A stretch of 64,000 nucleotides of DNA from Myxococcales bacterium (GTDB lineage Bacteria; Myxococcota; UBA727; VGSZ01), in contig JAHFED010000015.1 of the NCBI GenBank assembly GCA_023248635.1, positions 25,177 to 89,176 on the forward strand, written 5' to 3'. The notes beneath the pieces were generated by a model that searched no databases, was not told the origin of the DNA, and saw only the letters and a list, made by a program, of their open reading frames with translations. The position numbers were made by a program, and so were the translations under genes. How positions within the stretch are numbered: position 1 is the stretch's first letter; each line of letters begins with the position of its first letter. Shown here one piece after another: positions 9,583-18,682 of this stretch.

Positions 9583-9777
9583 CTCATTCCCCGTCCTCGC
9601 TGTCATCGATGCCGAGGCCCAAGCGGCAGCAGCAACGCGCGCAGACATCCGGGCCAGGACCTCGCAGGCGTCGACGTCGTCGTCGGCAACGACGGCTCGG
9701 CGACGACGCGTCTTGGTGGGGACGATGTCGAGGTGTCGACGTCGGCGCACGATCCGGGACAACAGCATCCCGGGACA

Positions 9778-12057
9778 TCACGCTGTCGATGCTTGGGGCT
9801 GGGCGGTGGTGGCGGCGGTGATCGAGCGCAGGGTCAGCACGAGGATGTTGCCGACGGCAGTGCTCCGTGGCCCGAGCACGAGGTCGCCGCCGACGGCGCG
9901 GGCGATGTCTCGCACGACGTGAAGACCGATGCCAGATCCGCTCCCCGCTCGATCGGCCAGATCGGTGTGAAACTGAAAGGGCGAGAAGATCTCGGTGCGT
10001 TCGTCGTCGGCAACAGGATCGGCGCCGTCGCCCACCAGCACGCGCAGCACGTCGCCGTCTTGTTCGGCGCGCACGGTGATGGCGCCGGCCTCGGTGTTGC
10101 GCAGCGCATAGGCCAAGAGGTTGTGCACGATCAGGTGGATCAGCCGACGATCGCTCGTCAGAGGCGACATCCCCCGCAGGTCGACGTCGACGTCGACGCC
10201 CTTGTCGTCGGCCTGGCTCTGCAACTCGGCCACCACGGCGTCGAGCTCGCCGCGCACGTCGACGGTCTGGATCTCGAGCCGGCACCGGCCGCTCTCGACG
10301 CGGGCCCACTCGATCATGGTGTCGATCAGCTTGACCAGCCGCCCGCTCGCGCGGCGCATGCGGACCAGGCCGTCGGCCGGCGAGTGCGGTGTGCTGGAGT
10401 TGATACCGGGCGCCACCGCGAACTCCTTGCTGCGCTCGAGCATGTGGAGGTGCAGCAACATGGCAGCGAGGGGCGTCTTGAGCTCGTGCGACATCATGCG
10501 CAGGAAGTTGCTCTTCACCCGGTTGGCGCGCTCGGCGGCGTCGCGCTCGATGCTGAGCTCTTGCAGCGCCACCTCGAGGTCGCTCTGGCGTTGGGCGACG
10601 TCGTTGGCGAGCTGCACCAGGTTTTGTTCGTGACGTCCAAGGGCACAGTTGAGGATCGCGCGCGCGTGGTTGGCCGCCACCAGGGCCCGCACGCGCGCCC
10701 GCACTTCGAGGTCTTGAAAGGGCTTGCGCACCACGCCTTCGACGCCGGCCTCGAGCAGGCGCACGACCTGGGCACGATCCTCGGTGGCGGTGAGCACGAG
10801 GATCGGAACGTCGGCGAGCTCGTCATGCTTGCGGAGCTCGTGAATCATCGTCTCGCCATTCATGCGCGGCATCATGACGTCGGTGACGATGAGGTCGGGC
10901 TTGAGCGCGATAGCCTTGGTGAGCCCGTCGACGCCGTCGAAGGCCGAGGCGATGTTGTAGGTGGGACCCAGGCACACCGTGATGATGCGCTGGGTCGCTC
11001 GACTGTCGTCGACGATGAGCACCAGCGGCCGTTCATCGCGCACGACATCGGCGCCGAGCTTCTCCTCCGCTTGGAGCTCCTCGGCGGTGACCTGGGCGAC
11101 GACGTCGGCGAGGCCTGTCGGCCGCGCTTCCTCCTGGGCCACGGTCAGGGCTTCCGGCGCACGGGCGGGAAAGCTCGCATCGAAGACGCAGCCGCTTCGT
11201 CCGGGTGTGCTGCGCAGCAGCAGGGTGCCGCCGTGGAGGCGGCTGTAGTCCCGCGAGGCGCCGAGGTTGAACACCCGGCCGCCGATGTGCCGCCCGGCGC
11301 TGCGATCATGGTGCACGGCACGCCCGAACAGCGCCTCGCCCTGGGCAGTTGCGATGCGCAAGCCGCTGTCGGCGACGCTGAGGGTGACGGTGTTGGCGGG
11401 TTCGTCGCGCTGCAGGGTGCAGCGAATCACGCCCGCCCGGGGCGTGTGTTTGAACGCGTTCAGCAGCAGGTTCAAGAGCACCATCTCGAATTTGGCGGGA
11501 TCGACGTCGACGAAGGCCACGTTGCCAACGTCCTGGTGGAAGGCGATGCCTCGGCGCAGCGCCAAAGAAGCGAAGCTCGCGCAGGACGCGCGTGTGAGCG
11601 CCGAGAGGTCGGTCCGGTGCCGCACGATCGCAAGCTCGTCGCCGGGGAAGGGGTTGTCGCGGTCCGCCACGCGCTCCGACAGGCACTCCAGCGATGCGAG
11701 CAGGGTGCGCAGGTCCCGCTTGGCGCGATCGCTCAGCGACGATGATTTGGTTTCGACGATGAGATGCCGCAGCAGGGGCCGCCAGGCTGCGCTCGCGACC
11801 TCAAAGGCCCCAGCCCGATCGGGAGCGTCCCGGAGGCGACCAACGATGCCTTCGACGCTGACCTGCCACCAGCCCCGCCGGGAGCCCGGCGGTCGCGCTA
11901 CGCAGGCGGCCAAGGCCACGAGCTCCTCGATGCAAGAGGCTTCCAGGGGCAGGGCCAAGTCTGAGGAGAGCACGCGCCGTCCAACGCAAGGCGCGCGCCA
12001 CCAAACCCCGCAGAAAGCGGCAGGCAGCTCGCAAGGCGGGATCGTCGTCGACTGCAA
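9778..12057 (-). CDS. Hybrid histidine kinase (HATPase-REC-HisKA-HATPase)
   Basis: LLNLLLNAFKHT; REC with LIVDD..TDVMMPRMNG..KPF; H-box MMSHELKTPL; GSGIGL. Start uncertain. Confidence 0.85.
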   Translation of the reverse strand: MQSTTIPPCELPAAFCGVWWRAPCVGRRVLSSDLALPLEASCIEELVALAACVARPPGSRRGWWQVSVEGIVGRLRDAPDRAGAFEVASAAWRPLLRHLIVETKSSSLSDRAKRDLRTLLASLECLSERVADRDNPFPGDELAIVRHRTDLSALTRASCASFASLALRRGIAFHQDVGNVAFVDVDPAKFEMVLLNLLLNAFKHTPRAGVIRCTLQRDEPANTVTLSVADSGLRIATAQGEALFGRAVHHDRSAGRHIGGRVFNLGASRDYSRLHGGTLLLRSTPGRSGCVFDASFPARAPEALTVAQEEARPTGLADVVAQVTAEELQAEEKLGADVVRDERPLVLIVDDSRATQRIITVCLGPTYNIASAFDGVDGLTKAIALKPDLIVTDVMMPRMNGETMIHELRKHDELADVPILVLTATEDRAQVVRLLEAGVEGVVRKPFQDLEVRARVRALVAANHARAILNCALGRHEQNLVQLANDVAQRQSDLEVALQELSIERDAAERANRVKSNFLRMMSHELKTPLAAMLLHLHMLERSKEFAVAPGINSSTPHSPADGLVRMRRASGRLVKLIDTMIEWARVESGRCRLEIQTVDVRGELDAVVAELQSQADDKGVDVDVDLRGMSPLTSDRRLIHLIVHNLLAYALRNTEAGAITVRAEQDGDVLRVLVGDGADPVADDERTEIFSPFQFHTDLADRAGSGSGIGLHVVRDIARAVGGDLVLGPRSTAVGNILVLTLRSITAATTAQPQASTA

Positions 12058-12140
12058 AGCGCGGTCGTTTCGCCCGCCGGCCCTGCAAAAGCTGCAGGCG
12101 GCAGGGCGAGCGTCCCGGATCGATCGTCCTTCCGTCGCCG

Positions 12141-12156
12141 TGGCGCATCGGTTGCT
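12141..12156 (+). promoter_or_regulatory. Putative sigma-54 (-24/-12) promoter
   Basis: TGGCGCATCGGTTGCT has the GG-N10-GC spacing of the TGGCACG-N4-TTGCW consensus and lies upstream of an operon encoding a sigma-54 activator. Confidence 0.6.
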
Positions 12157-12338
12157 ACGGTCTTTTGCCCGGGAGCGGCTTGCAGTGTCGGAGTCCAGAC
12201 GCTGCAGGCCGCTGCTCTGGGGGTTGCTGCAAGACGCTGGCGAAGTCGGCGTCGCTGGAATGTCGTTGCTCCACCGTCGAGCTCATCCGTCGACGTTTGA
12301 CGTTCGAACGCTGCGCGTCCGCTGCGCGAGGTCCGCCC

Positions 12339-12773
12339 ATGCAAGTACAAAGCGACCCTGGCTCTGGATTCCGAATCGCGCTCGCCGAAGACGATCACGA
12401 CCTGCGCACGGGTCTGGCGGCCTTGCTCGAGGCCGATGGCCATCAGGTGGATGCACTGGCTTCGGGAGCGGTGCTCATCGAACATCTGACGGCAGCCATC
12501 CTCGACGTCGATGCCGGTCGGCCTGATGCCATCGTCACCGACGTGCGCATGCCGGGGGTGAGCGGGCTCAGCATCGTCGAAGGCCTGCGGGCCAATGGCT
12601 GGGATGCCCCCATCATCATCATCTCGGCCTTCGCCGACCAAGAGCTGCGAGAGCGCGTGAACCGCCTCGGAGGCGCCGTACTCTTCGCCAAGCCCTTCGA
12701 CCCCGATGAGCTCGGACGCACGCTGAGCCAGATGCTGCGCGGCCACCGCGCTTGCGCCGCGGGAGCCGTGTGA
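12339..12773 (+). CDS. Single-domain response regulator receiver
   Basis: IALAEDDHDLR..AIVTDVRMPG..IIISAF..FAKPFD; ATG 12339. Confidence 0.88.
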   Translation: MQVQSDPGSGFRIALAEDDHDLRTGLAALLEADGHQVDALASGAVLIEHLTAAILDVDAGRPDAIVTDVRMPGVSGLSIVEGLRANGWDAPIIIISAFADQELRERVNRLGGAVLFAKPFDPDELGRTLSQMLRGHRACAAGAV

Positions 12774-14542
12774 AGAGCGACGAGCTTGGCGTGGCAGCTG
12801 CGCTCCCCCGGCGCATCCTCATGGTCACCAACAATGGGGCGCATGGCGAGCTCTGCAGCCGCATCGAGGCGGCTGGCTTCTCGGCCCGTGGCGTCCGCGA
12901 CGTCGCCGACGTGCCCCAGGTCGTGGCCCAATGGCGACCCACCGTGGTGCTCGTCGACGCCAACCTCAGCGGCGGAGCTGCTCAGGTCATCGACAGCGTC
13001 CGCGCTGTACATGCGGCTGCCGTCTGCGTGCTTCTCGTCGACGCCGCCTGTGGCAGAGCCGTCACCGATGCGCTGCTCTGCAAGGCCGACACCCTCTTGC
13101 CTTGGCCCGTAGACGTCGTCGCCTTGGGGCGCTTGCTGGCACTGACGGAAGCTCCGCGCACCGAGCCGGCAGCGACGTCCCAGCTGCCGACGTCTGTGAT
13201 TGGCAGAAGCGGGGCCATGGCCGAAGTGTGGCGACGGGTAATTCTTGCCGCGCAGACGCGGGCGTCGTTGCTCATCAGCGGCGAGACGGGGGTCGGCAAG
13301 GAGGTGATCGCGCGGGCCGTGCACCGCTTCTCTCCTCGACGACGCGGACCCTTCATCGCGGTCAACTGCGCCGCGCTGCCCGAGACGCTGCTGGAGGCGG
13401 AGCTCTTTGGCTACGAGGCCGGTGCCTTCACCGGCGCGAGCCGCCGTCACAAGGGCCGCTTCGAGCTGGCCCAGGGCGGCACCCTCTTTCTCGACGAGAT
13501 CGGCGATCTGCCGCTGGTGGTGCAGGTCAAGCTGCTCCGCGTCTTGCAGGAGCGCAGCTTCGAGCGGCTCGGCGGCACCGAGTCCATCCCCGTCGACGTC
13601 CGCGTCATCTCGGCGACGCACCGTGACCTCGACGCAGCGAGCAACGCCGGCAGCTTCCGCCTCGACCTCTTCTACCGCCTCAACGTCATCGCTCTCCAAG
13701 TGCCACCGCTGCGCGAACGTCCAGAGGACGTGCTCGAGCTTTGGGACAGCTTCTTGTCCCAGCAGGCGCGAGAAGAAGATCGGAAGCCGCCGCAGACGAC
13801 GCCGGCGGCCCGCAGCCGCTTGTTGCGCCACGATTGGCCGGGCAACGTGCGCGAGCTGCAGAACGCTGCTCAACACGCGCTGACGGTGGCCACCAGTGAC
13901 GTCGTCGACGAAGACAGCCTGCCTTCAACCCTGCTGGCGCCTCGCCGCACCCACGTGATGAGCCTGGTGGGATTGACCCTCAAGGAGATCGAAAGGCTCG
14001 CCATCTTGCAGACCTACGATGCGCTGGGTTCCATCGATGCGACGGCCCAAGCGCTGGGCATCTCCGCGCGCACCATTCACTACCGTCTCCGCGACTACCG
14101 CTCGCAGACGGCGGTCGTCGTCGCCGCCCGAGCCAAGGTGCCGTCGGCGCTGCGGGTGTTGCTGGCCGAAGACGACGACGACCTGCGCGGGGCCCTGACC
14201 GAATTCCTGCGCGGAGAAGGGCTCACCGTCGTCGCCGTCGCTGATGGCGACGCGGCCTTGGCCCACCTGCACGACGTCGGCGATGCCCCGCCGGATCTCT
14301 TGGTCACTGACGTGCGCATGCCCCGCGTCAATGGCATCGAGCTGCTCGAGGGCGTGCGGGCCCGCGGTCTCGGCCTGCCCGTCATCGTGATGAGCGCCTT
14401 CGGCGACGGCGACACCCGCGACCGCGCGCTGGCTCTGGGGGCCACTTCGTTCCTCGCCAAACCCGTCGACATCAACGACTTGCAGCGGGCGATCCGCGCC
14501 CTGTCCCCCGCGGCCTGGAACGACGACAGGAGGTTGACATGA
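12770..14542 (+). CDS. Sigma-54 enhancer-binding protein: atypical REC, AAA+, Fis-type HTH, second C-terminal REC
   Basis: GETGVGKE, VNCAALPE, ELFG..GAFTGA, TLFLDEIG, WPGNVREL, LGISARTIHYRL, then VLLAEDD..TDVRMP..AKPVD. Confidence 0.92.
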   Translation: MKSDELGVAAALPRRILMVTNNGAHGELCSRIEAAGFSARGVRDVADVPQVVAQWRPTVVLVDANLSGGAAQVIDSVRAVHAAAVCVLLVDAACGRAVTDALLCKADTLLPWPVDVVALGRLLALTEAPRTEPAATSQLPTSVIGRSGAMAEVWRRVILAAQTRASLLISGETGVGKEVIARAVHRFSPRRRGPFIAVNCAALPETLLEAELFGYEAGAFTGASRRHKGRFELAQGGTLFLDEIGDLPLVVQVKLLRVLQERSFERLGGTESIPVDVRVISATHRDLDAASNAGSFRLDLFYRLNVIALQVPPLRERPEDVLELWDSFLSQQAREEDRKPPQTTPAARSRLLRHDWPGNVRELQNAAQHALTVATSDVVDEDSLPSTLLAPRRTHVMSLVGLTLKEIERLAILQTYDALGSIDATAQALGISARTIHYRLRDYRSQTAVVVAARAKVPSALRVLLAEDDDDLRGALTEFLRGEGLTVVAVADGDAALAHLHDVGDAPPDLLVTDVRMPRVNGIELLEGVRARGLGLPVIVMSAFGDGDTRDRALALGATSFLAKPVDINDLQRAIRALSPAAWNDDRRLT

Positions 14543-15465
14543 CAAAGTTCTTTGCTCTCAGGCGGGGCGGGCAATTGAAGCGACTCGCCAGCATCACTGT
14601 GCTTTTCAGCGCTGCGTCGTCGGCGAGCGAATACCTGCCATTCACCGGATATTTGCCGCCGCTCTCTTTCTCGGCCGAGGAGTATGAAAGCGGCTACAAC
14701 GACTACTGCCGCGACGACGTCGGGCACATCAACACCTATCGGTGTGTCGACAAGGTTATTCGAGAAATGACTCATCGATACGATGACTTTCATGATACCT
14801 GTGATCATCGAGGAGTGTTCGGACTAGTTTACCTGATGACGACGCAGGAATATCAGCGCGCCTCCCTCGAGCCCGGCTTCTTCCAAGATCCCGAGTTCGT
14901 GAACCACGAGGACGTGATCTTCGCCAAGCTGTACAACAGCGCCGCCGACAACTGGTCGGGGGGCAGGCTCGAGTTCGTGCCGCCGGCGTGGCGCGTGGCC
15001 TTCGAGACCTCGCGCGATCGATCCGTCAGCACCACCGGCGACATGCTCTTGGGCATCTCGGCCCATATCAACCGCGACCTGCCCATCGCGCTCGCCACCA
15101 TCGGCCTCGTCGACCCCGCCACCGGCCTCAGCCGCAAGCCAGACCACGACAAGGTCAACACCTTCTTGGCACGCGTCGAGCCCGATCCCGCCATTCAGCA
15201 GTCTTGGGACGCCGACTACTCCAGCGGTTCGTCGACGCCGCACCTGTCGCTCGCAACCATGTCTCTCATCCAGACCTGGCGCGAGGCCGCCTGGCGCTGG
15301 GCCGAGCAGCTGGTGGCCGCCCCAACTGCCGCCGAGCAGGCCATCGTTTTGATGGGCATAGAACGCTACGCCTACGAGCAGGCGATGGCCATCAAGACAG
15401 CCACTCAATACACCGTTTTAGAAAACAGCGGAGATCGCGATGTCTACTGTGCAGTCAACAACTAG
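14539..15465 (+). CDS. DUF5995-like exported protein
   Basis: RGVFGLVYL..T, PPAWRVAF, DMLLGISAHINRDLP, DHDKVN; N-terminal signal-like region. Confidence 0.65.
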   Translation: MTKFFALRRGGQLKRLASITVLFSAASSASEYLPFTGYLPPLSFSAEEYESGYNDYCRDDVGHINTYRCVDKVIREMTHRYDDFHDTCDHRGVFGLVYLMTTQEYQRASLEPGFFQDPEFVNHEDVIFAKLYNSAADNWSGGRLEFVPPAWRVAFETSRDRSVSTTGDMLLGISAHINRDLPIALATIGLVDPATGLSRKPDHDKVNTFLARVEPDPAIQQSWDADYSSGSSTPHLSLATMSLIQTWREAAWRWAEQLVAAPTAAEQAIVLMGIERYAYEQAMAIKTATQYTVLENSGDRDVYCAVNN

Positions 15466-16621
15466 CAGACGTGTCCCATCGTCTGAACACAAACCTCAAC
15501 CACGGCCCAACAATGCGGACCTTGCGGCCATCGTTCGTCTCCTCCCAGATGTTGTCTTCAAATGTGAGAAGCGCGCCGACGGAAAGATCTATTGGCTGCT
15601 CAACGAAGGGAAGCTCGCCGAGGAATTCGGCGTGAGCACCGAGCAGGTGCGGGGACGATGCCTCGAGGAGATCTTTCCTCCCGACGTCGTTAAACGCATC
15701 CTGCCCGAGTTCGAGCGCAGCTTCGCCGGCGAGGCCAATGAATTCGTGAACGAGATGCACGGACGATTTTTCTACCATTTTCCACAGCCGGTGTTCGGCG
15801 ACGACGGCGAAGTCACCGCCGTGGTTGGCTTCATTTCAGAGGTCACCAGCCTGAAAGAAGCGGAGGCACAAGTGCAATCGCTGAACGCGGCATTGAAGAC
15901 CCGCGTCGACGAGCTGGCCACCGCCAATCGACAACTTCAGATCGCCAACAAGCAGCTCGAAGCATTCAGTTACTCAGTGTCTCACGATCTGCGAAACCCG
16001 CTGGGAACGATGTCGTTGCTCGTGCAGCAAATGGCGGCGCACCCGGAGCGACTCGACGGCAGAACGCAGAAAGCCGTCGCGGCCCTCGGACGGACCACCA
16101 AGCGCATGGATCAGCTCATCGACGACGTCATGCGGGTGGCCAAGGCCACCGGCGGCGAATTGAAACGTGAGGACGTCGACCTGAGCCAGCTCGCCCGCCG
16201 CGTCGTCGGGGACTTGATCCGGCGGGAGCCAGGTCGGGATGTGCAGATCAGCATCGCCGACGACGCGCACGGTGACTGCGATCTGCGTTTGACCGAAATC
16301 GTGCTGGAGAATCTGTTGGGTAATGCGGTAAAATACACCAGAAAAAACACATCAACCGCCATTTCATTTGGTCAAGTGATGATCAACGGCGAGCTGGCGT
16401 TTTTCGTCGGCGACAACGGCGTCGGCTTTGACCCAAGGGAAGCGGGGCGGCTCTTCGTTCCCTTCGAGAGACTCCACGACGAAACGGACTTCGAAGGCAC
16501 CGGCGTCGGTCTTGCCACCGTACACCGGGTCATCGACGCCCACGGCGGCAAGATTTGGGCGGAGAGTGCCCCTGGGTGCGGCGCGACTTTCTATTTTACC
16601 CTTGGGGGGCAGTCGCGATAG
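15440..16621 (+). CDS. PAS-domain sensor histidine kinase
   Basis: PAS-like N-terminus; LEAFSYSVSHDLRNPL, ENLLGNAVKY, DNGVGF, GTGVGLA, GATFYFTL. Confidence 0.92.
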   Translation: MSTVQSTTSRRVPSSEHKPQPRPNNADLAAIVRLLPDVVFKCEKRADGKIYWLLNEGKLAEEFGVSTEQVRGRCLEEIFPPDVVKRILPEFERSFAGEANEFVNEMHGRFFYHFPQPVFGDDGEVTAVVGFISEVTSLKEAEAQVQSLNAALKTRVDELATANRQLQIANKQLEAFSYSVSHDLRNPLGTMSLLVQQMAAHPERLDGRTQKAVAALGRTTKRMDQLIDDVMRVAKATGGELKREDVDLSQLARRVVGDLIRREPGRDVQISIADDAHGDCDLRLTEIVLENLLGNAVKYTRKNTSTAISFGQVMINGELAFFVGDNGVGFDPREAGRLFVPFERLHDETDFEGTGVGLATVHRVIDAHGGKIWAESAPGCGATFYFTLGGQSR

Positions 16622-16631
16622 GCACCGGCGG

Positions 16632-17336
16632 ATGAAGAGCCTGTGGTTCACCCTCGTCGCGGCGTCGATCGGCGCTGGTTGCCACTCCGTCGACGGCGCC
16701 CCGCTCCCGCCTCCTGCCGTGCCGCTGGTCACCGAGCTCGACGTCGACGGCCTCCTGGGCTGGTTTGGTGCGCCCGTCCCCGGCCAACCGGCGCTGATGC
16801 CCATCGACGACGCCCGCCGGGTGGTCGAGGATTTCAAAAGCGGCACAGCGTTTCGCGCTTTCCCCGCCGGCAACGCCGAGGAAACGTGGTTCGGCAAGAG
16901 CTACCTCGTCTACGCCGACGGAACGAGCAGCGAGGCCTTCCAATTCCTGCGCTTCAAGAAAGGGCGCGGCCTCGCAGCCGGCGTCGACGCCGCCGCGGTC
17001 TTGCCCTGGCTCGCCTGCACCAACGGCCTTCAGACCGACGGGGGCAGCGAAGAGGCCGACGCCGACGACCTCTTCACGGCCGCCGAGAATGGCGCAGCGC
17101 CGCGGCCCGAGAGCGGGGCCCTGCGCTACGTCCGCGAAGCCGAATGCGTCGACGGCTACGGCGCCATCGTCGCGAGCGCCGGCGTGTCGCAGGTGGTGGT
17201 GCAGGCGGACCGGCGCTGGATGCGAATGAGCGGCAAGCGCTTGCTCCTCATCCAGCGAATCGTGCAGTTCTCGGGCTTGGCGAAGAACCCCAGTCACATC
17301 GCTGGGCGCTACTCGGAACTCTGGAAGCTGCCTTGA
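16632..17336 (+). CDS. Hypothetical lipoprotein
   Basis: MKSLWFTLVAASIGAGC lipobox-like signal. Confidence 0.6.
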   Translation: MKSLWFTLVAASIGAGCHSVDGAPLPPPAVPLVTELDVDGLLGWFGAPVPGQPALMPIDDARRVVEDFKSGTAFRAFPAGNAEETWFGKSYLVYADGTSSEAFQFLRFKKGRGLAAGVDAAAVLPWLACTNGLQTDGGSEEADADDLFTAAENGAAPRPESGALRYVREAECVDGYGAIVASAGVSQVVVQADRRWMRMSGKRLLLIQRIVQFSGLAKNPSHIAGRYSELWKLP

Positions 17337-17363
17337 GCGCGGGCCCCGCTGGCAAGCAGAAGG

Positions 17364-17456
17364 GAATTCACCGACAGCGCTGCGCGTGTCGGTGAATTGT
17401 CTACAGGTTCATCGCCTGGCGGCGATGAATCGTCTACCGGTTCATCGCCGGTGGCG
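17364..17456 (+). repeat. Dispersed double-hairpin REP-like repeat (one unit plus a partial unit)
   Basis: GAATTCACCGACA..TGTCGGTGAATT-GTCTAC-..TTCATCGCCTGGCGGCGATGAAT; same unit at 22842, 30804 and 43087; lies between convergent genes. Confidence 0.85.
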
Positions 17457-17473
17457 CAGCGAGATCGCCAGCG

Positions 17474-18682
17474 TCAGCCAAAGGGTCGCAGCACGCCGGT
17501 GGCGACGGCGACGGCGACGACGGCGACGAGGCCCAGCAGGGGGCCCACCGCGAGCACTGCGGCAGGAGCAGGCCGCGGCTGTTTGCCGAAAAGAAAGAGC
17601 GCCAAGCGAACGACGGGCAATGCCGACAACGCCACCCCCACCATCAGACCCACACTGAGCCAGGGCGTCTCGCACACCCTCGCCAGGCTTTGCCGCACCG
17701 CAAAACCCAGGGTGGGCGGCAAACCGCAGGCCTGGGCCGCAGCAAACACAAGCAGACCACAGCGCCAGGGATGACGACGACCCCAGCCCGAAGCGTCCTC
17801 CCACGTCGCCACCGAGCGCGAAAACACCGGAAGGGCTGCGGCGCCGACGGCCAGCCCCAAGGAACCAAGCGCCGCCGTAAAGCTCGCTGCCACGAGGTCG
17901 ACGCCGAGGCGCGCCGCCGCCAGGGGCAAGAGAGCCTGTTGCACCACCAGCACGCCGAGCAGCCGGCGCAAGGACACCTGACCCAGGGCCACCAAAGGCA
18001 AGCCAAAGAGGCCCAGAGCAAGGGCGACGTCGACGGCTCCGTGCTGCCGGCCGACCAGTGCCCCCAAAGGGGGCCCCAGCGCCACCAGGGCCAAGGGAGC
18101 GCTCACAGCCATCGCCGCCGGCGGAGCACCCTGAAAGAGGTCGACCCGGATCCCCTGCAGCGGCGGCAGACCAAGAACCAGGGCGAGGGCCGCCAACAGA
18201 CACGCTCCGCCGGCGGAGCCCTCGACCACCAGCCCCAAGCCCGCCAACAACACCGCCATCAGCCCCAGCAGGCACGCCTTGGCAGCGGCTTCGGCTTCGG
18301 CGCTGACAGGGGTCGGCGGCGACGTCGTCGGCACCCGCATGGCCAACCCCGCGCTCGCCACCGTCCACAGCGCGATCCAGGCCAGCAGGGCGGCCGGCGA
18401 TGGGGTGAGACCCAGCTTCAAGGTTCCCGATCCGAGCACCAGCGCCAGCGCGGCCCGTTCACCGAGCAGGCCCGGCCCCTCGATGAGAGCAAACACCACC
18501 AGTGCGCCAGCAACGGCCAGCGACGTCGGCGTCAAGGCCCACAGCGCCGCAGCGCAGGCGGCGACGACGACGACGACGACCTGGGGCAGGCGTGCGACCC
18601 GCTTGCGCCCGCCAAGGCCTGCACCAGTGGCCTCCAAGCCCAGCGCGACGAGGGCGGCCAGCAGCAGCACGCCCATGCTCAC
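17474..18682 (-). CDS. NuoN-like antiporter-type membrane subunit, highly divergent
   Basis: AEAAAKACLLG, VDLFQGAPP, ALGQVSLRRLL, GLPPTLGF; GTGA overlap with the nuoM-like stop. Confidence 0.75.
   Translation of the reverse strand: MSMGVLLLAALVALGLEATGAGLGGRKRVARLPQVVVVVVAACAAALWALTPTSLAVAGALVVFALIEGPGLLGERAALALVLGSGTLKLGLTPSPAALLAWIALWTVASAGLAMRVPTTSPPTPVSAEAEAAAKACLLGLMAVLLAGLGLVVEGSAGGACLLAALALVLGLPPLQGIRVDLFQGAPPAAMAVSAPLALVALGPPLGALVGRQHGAVDVALALGLFGLPLVALGQVSLRRLLGVLVVQQALLPLAAARLGVDLVAASFTAALGSLGLAVGAAALPVFSRSVATWEDASGWGRRHPWRCGLLVFAAAQACGLPPTLGFAVRQSLARVCETPWLSVGLMVGVALSALPVVRLALFLFGKQPRPAPAAVLAVGPLLGLVAVVAVAVATGVLRPFG

Noticed and set aside
12256-12270. Second sigma-54-like site TGGAATGTCGTTGCT
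   Set aside because: GG-to-GC spacing is 9 nt, not the required 10.
16632-17336. Lipocalin
   Set aside because: The N-terminus resembles it superficially (ELDVD..LGWF), but the rest lacks lipocalin motifs.
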